Source: the human T2T-CHM13v2.0 reference genome, Homo sapiens. From it: a stretch of 64,000 nt of DNA. Positions 62,212-64,000 of this stretch are shown in pieces (position 1 is the first letter of the stretch; every line of letters begins with the position of its first letter). Below the pieces are notes generated by a model that was not told the origin of the DNA, did not search any database, and saw only the letters and a program-made list of their open reading frames with translations. Position numbers and translations under genes: made by a program. Location: assembly GCF_009914755.1 (NCBI RefSeq), contig NC_060940.1; one strand, given 5' to 3'.

Positions 62212-63260
62212 CTGCAGGGATGGAGGACCGGGCTAGACAAGCTGGAGTTGGCTCTGCGCCGCAGGGGTGTGCAAGCCCGAGACTGGGGAGCCCGAGGTCA
62301 CCCCGGCCGCCCTGGCATCGGGGCTGAGGTGCAAGGCTCCTGGAGGAGCGGTGCGCAGGCCCAGGGGTAGCCGAGGACACAAGCCAAGGCACGAGCGGAC
62401 AACCTTACGGGGACGAGTACTAGCGCCTGGACGCGACTTCCCGAGAGGCCAGGCGGAACCCACTGGAAGCGTGAGCTAGCGGGGACCACCCCCGGGCGAA
62501 ACCAAAGGAGAAAGAGGGGAACCCAGGGGTCCCGGGGCGCTTAGGCCCGCGCGGACGGGGAGGCCAGAGTTGCCCCGAAGCTATCTCCTTACCTCACCGG
62601 CCCCCACGGGCTCCGCGCTCAGCTACAGCCCGGCGGGAGCAATGCGGCAGCCACAACAGTTGCCGGCGGTCGCCGCGGGCCGGAAAGCGGGGTTCGGGGA
62701 TGGGAAGGGGGCGGGGCGAAGCGAGCAAAAAGTTCCGGGGAAGCCGAGACCGCGACCTTCCGCGCTTTACGGCCCCCGGGCACGGGTACCGCCGGCGCGT
62801 GACCTCAGCCGCGCCCGAGCGCGCCGTGACGCCCTCGCGGAGCCCCGCCCCTGCCACGTGGGCTTGTTTGGGTCTCGCGAGGCACCGCCCCCGCGGCCTC
62901 TTTGCCACCCTCAGAGGCGAGCTGTGGAAGCCTTGACTCTTAGGGCCGTTTTAGAACCCGGGCCTCGGACCGGCGGGGTTTCTGCACGTGGAACCGGAAC
63001 ATCTGAGATGATCGCAGGCCCTGTGGAGTGTGGGGAGCGCGGGGGTTCTTTCTTCCCTCGAGGCCCGTGCCAGGGCTTACTCCAAAGCCAGTGGGTCCCC
63101 AGTCCTAAGCCAAGCAGTCCCGGGGGAAAACGCTTCTCATCGCCGTGGGAGCGCGGATCTTGGAAGTGGCTCTGGGCTTTCTTGGGCGAGGCTCTCACAG
63201 AGTAGATCGGAAATCCATTCTGCTGGCCCGCCCCACCTCGGAGGACGGACTAACGGACCT
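62180..63260. promoter_or_regulatory. CpG-island promoter of PDPR
   Basis: Very high GC and CpG density. GC box ccccgcccc at ~62843, E-boxes CACGTG at 62855-62860 and 62985-62990, TCTCGCGAG at 62873-62881, ETS-like ccggaa at 62681. Confidence 0.85.
62593..62760 (-). other. PDPR: PDPR non-coding exon 1 (5' end approximate)
   Basis: Strong GAG|GTAAGG donor at 62592 inside the CpG island; the TSS cannot be determined from sequence. Confidence 0.6.
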
Positions 63261-63654
63261 GAGTTCCCGGCCCTATCTTACTCTTCTCAGCTTCTCAGCT
63301 TGGCTCAGCTCAGAGGAAGAGGAATCACTGAAGTCTCAGAGAAGTCTCCACTCATCCCTTCCTCACCGTCACATCAGCCTTTTCTTTCCTTCTAGAAGTC
63401 ATCACTGACTCAAGGATATAAGTTTGATGACTGTCTTTTCCACTGGTGTGACACGATCTCTGTCGACAGAACCTTAGTCTTATGCATAGCTTTATTCTCA
63501 GCACCCAGAACAGTGCCTGGCACCTCTTCCACTGAATATTATATGCATAAGGGTCTCATGCTGCAGCCACCATTGCATCTTGGGCCACACTATCCAGTTC
63601 CCGTTTGTTGGATTCAATACTGTCTCACCACACAAACCAATCTTGTGTTTTATT

Positions 63655-63796
63655 AATTAAAAAAAATTTTTTTTTTTTTTGTAGAGATAGGCTCACTATG
63701 TTGCCCAGGCTGGGCCTGAACTCCTGGCTTCAAGTGATCCTTCCATCTCAGCCTCCCAAAGTCCTGGGATTACAGGCGTGAGCCACTGTGCCTGCC
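63655..63796 (-). mobile_element. FLAM-type Alu monomer
   Basis: 18-bp TSD ccaatcttgtgttttatt at 63637-63654 and 63797-63814. Confidence 0.88.
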
Positions 63797-64000
63797 CCAA
63801 TCTTGTGTTTTATTGCTGGCCACCTGTAGCCAGGCACTGTGCAGGATGATGGGATCCAGCAGTGTACAAGAAAGAGGCGGTTTCTGCTCTTAGGGAGTGG
63901 CAGTCAAGTTCCAGGGACCCCTCTGTCACAAGGCCAGGCCACAGCCTACATAGTTTATACCCCATTTACTGGCCAGTCAAATCACACAAAGACAGCCCAG

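Noticed and set aside
62570-63408. 211-aa + strand ORF and overlapping ORFs in the CpG island
   Set aside because: Non-ATG start, Pro/Arg/Ala/Gly composition expected from GC-rich, stop-poor DNA, and no recognisable domain.

Overview
Human (or great-ape) genomic DNA from the 16q22-23 PDPR/CLEC18 segmental-duplication family. The minus strand carries a complete PDPR-type gene. It has a CpG-island promoter at about 62.2-63.3 kb and two non-coding leader exons. Its 17 coding exons (55379 down to 18980) all have canonical GT-AG junctions and splice into an uninterrupted 2640-nt, 879-aa ORF. A 3' UTR of about 5.6 kb ends at AATAAA 13343-13348. About 11.7 kb downstream, in the same orientation, are the first two coding exons of a CLEC18 gene; the LLGTTWAE signal peptide matches CLEC18B as I recall it. 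The PDPR ORF differs from the canonical protein, as I recall it, at several residues, including the FAD-binding helix (AHHQ instead of the family-conserved AYHL). This suggests an intact but diverged paralogous copy. Introns are extremely Alu-rich, with older L1, L2, MIR, MaLR and MER5 fragments. I found no novel multi-gene system. The best leads are the diverged intact PDPR copy, a splice-toggled uORF, a possible ancient HMGN-like retrocopy, and several locally templated insertions and fold-back junctions inside Alus. Comparisons to reference proteins are from memory and need a database check. Repeat boundaries and subfamilies are approximate.
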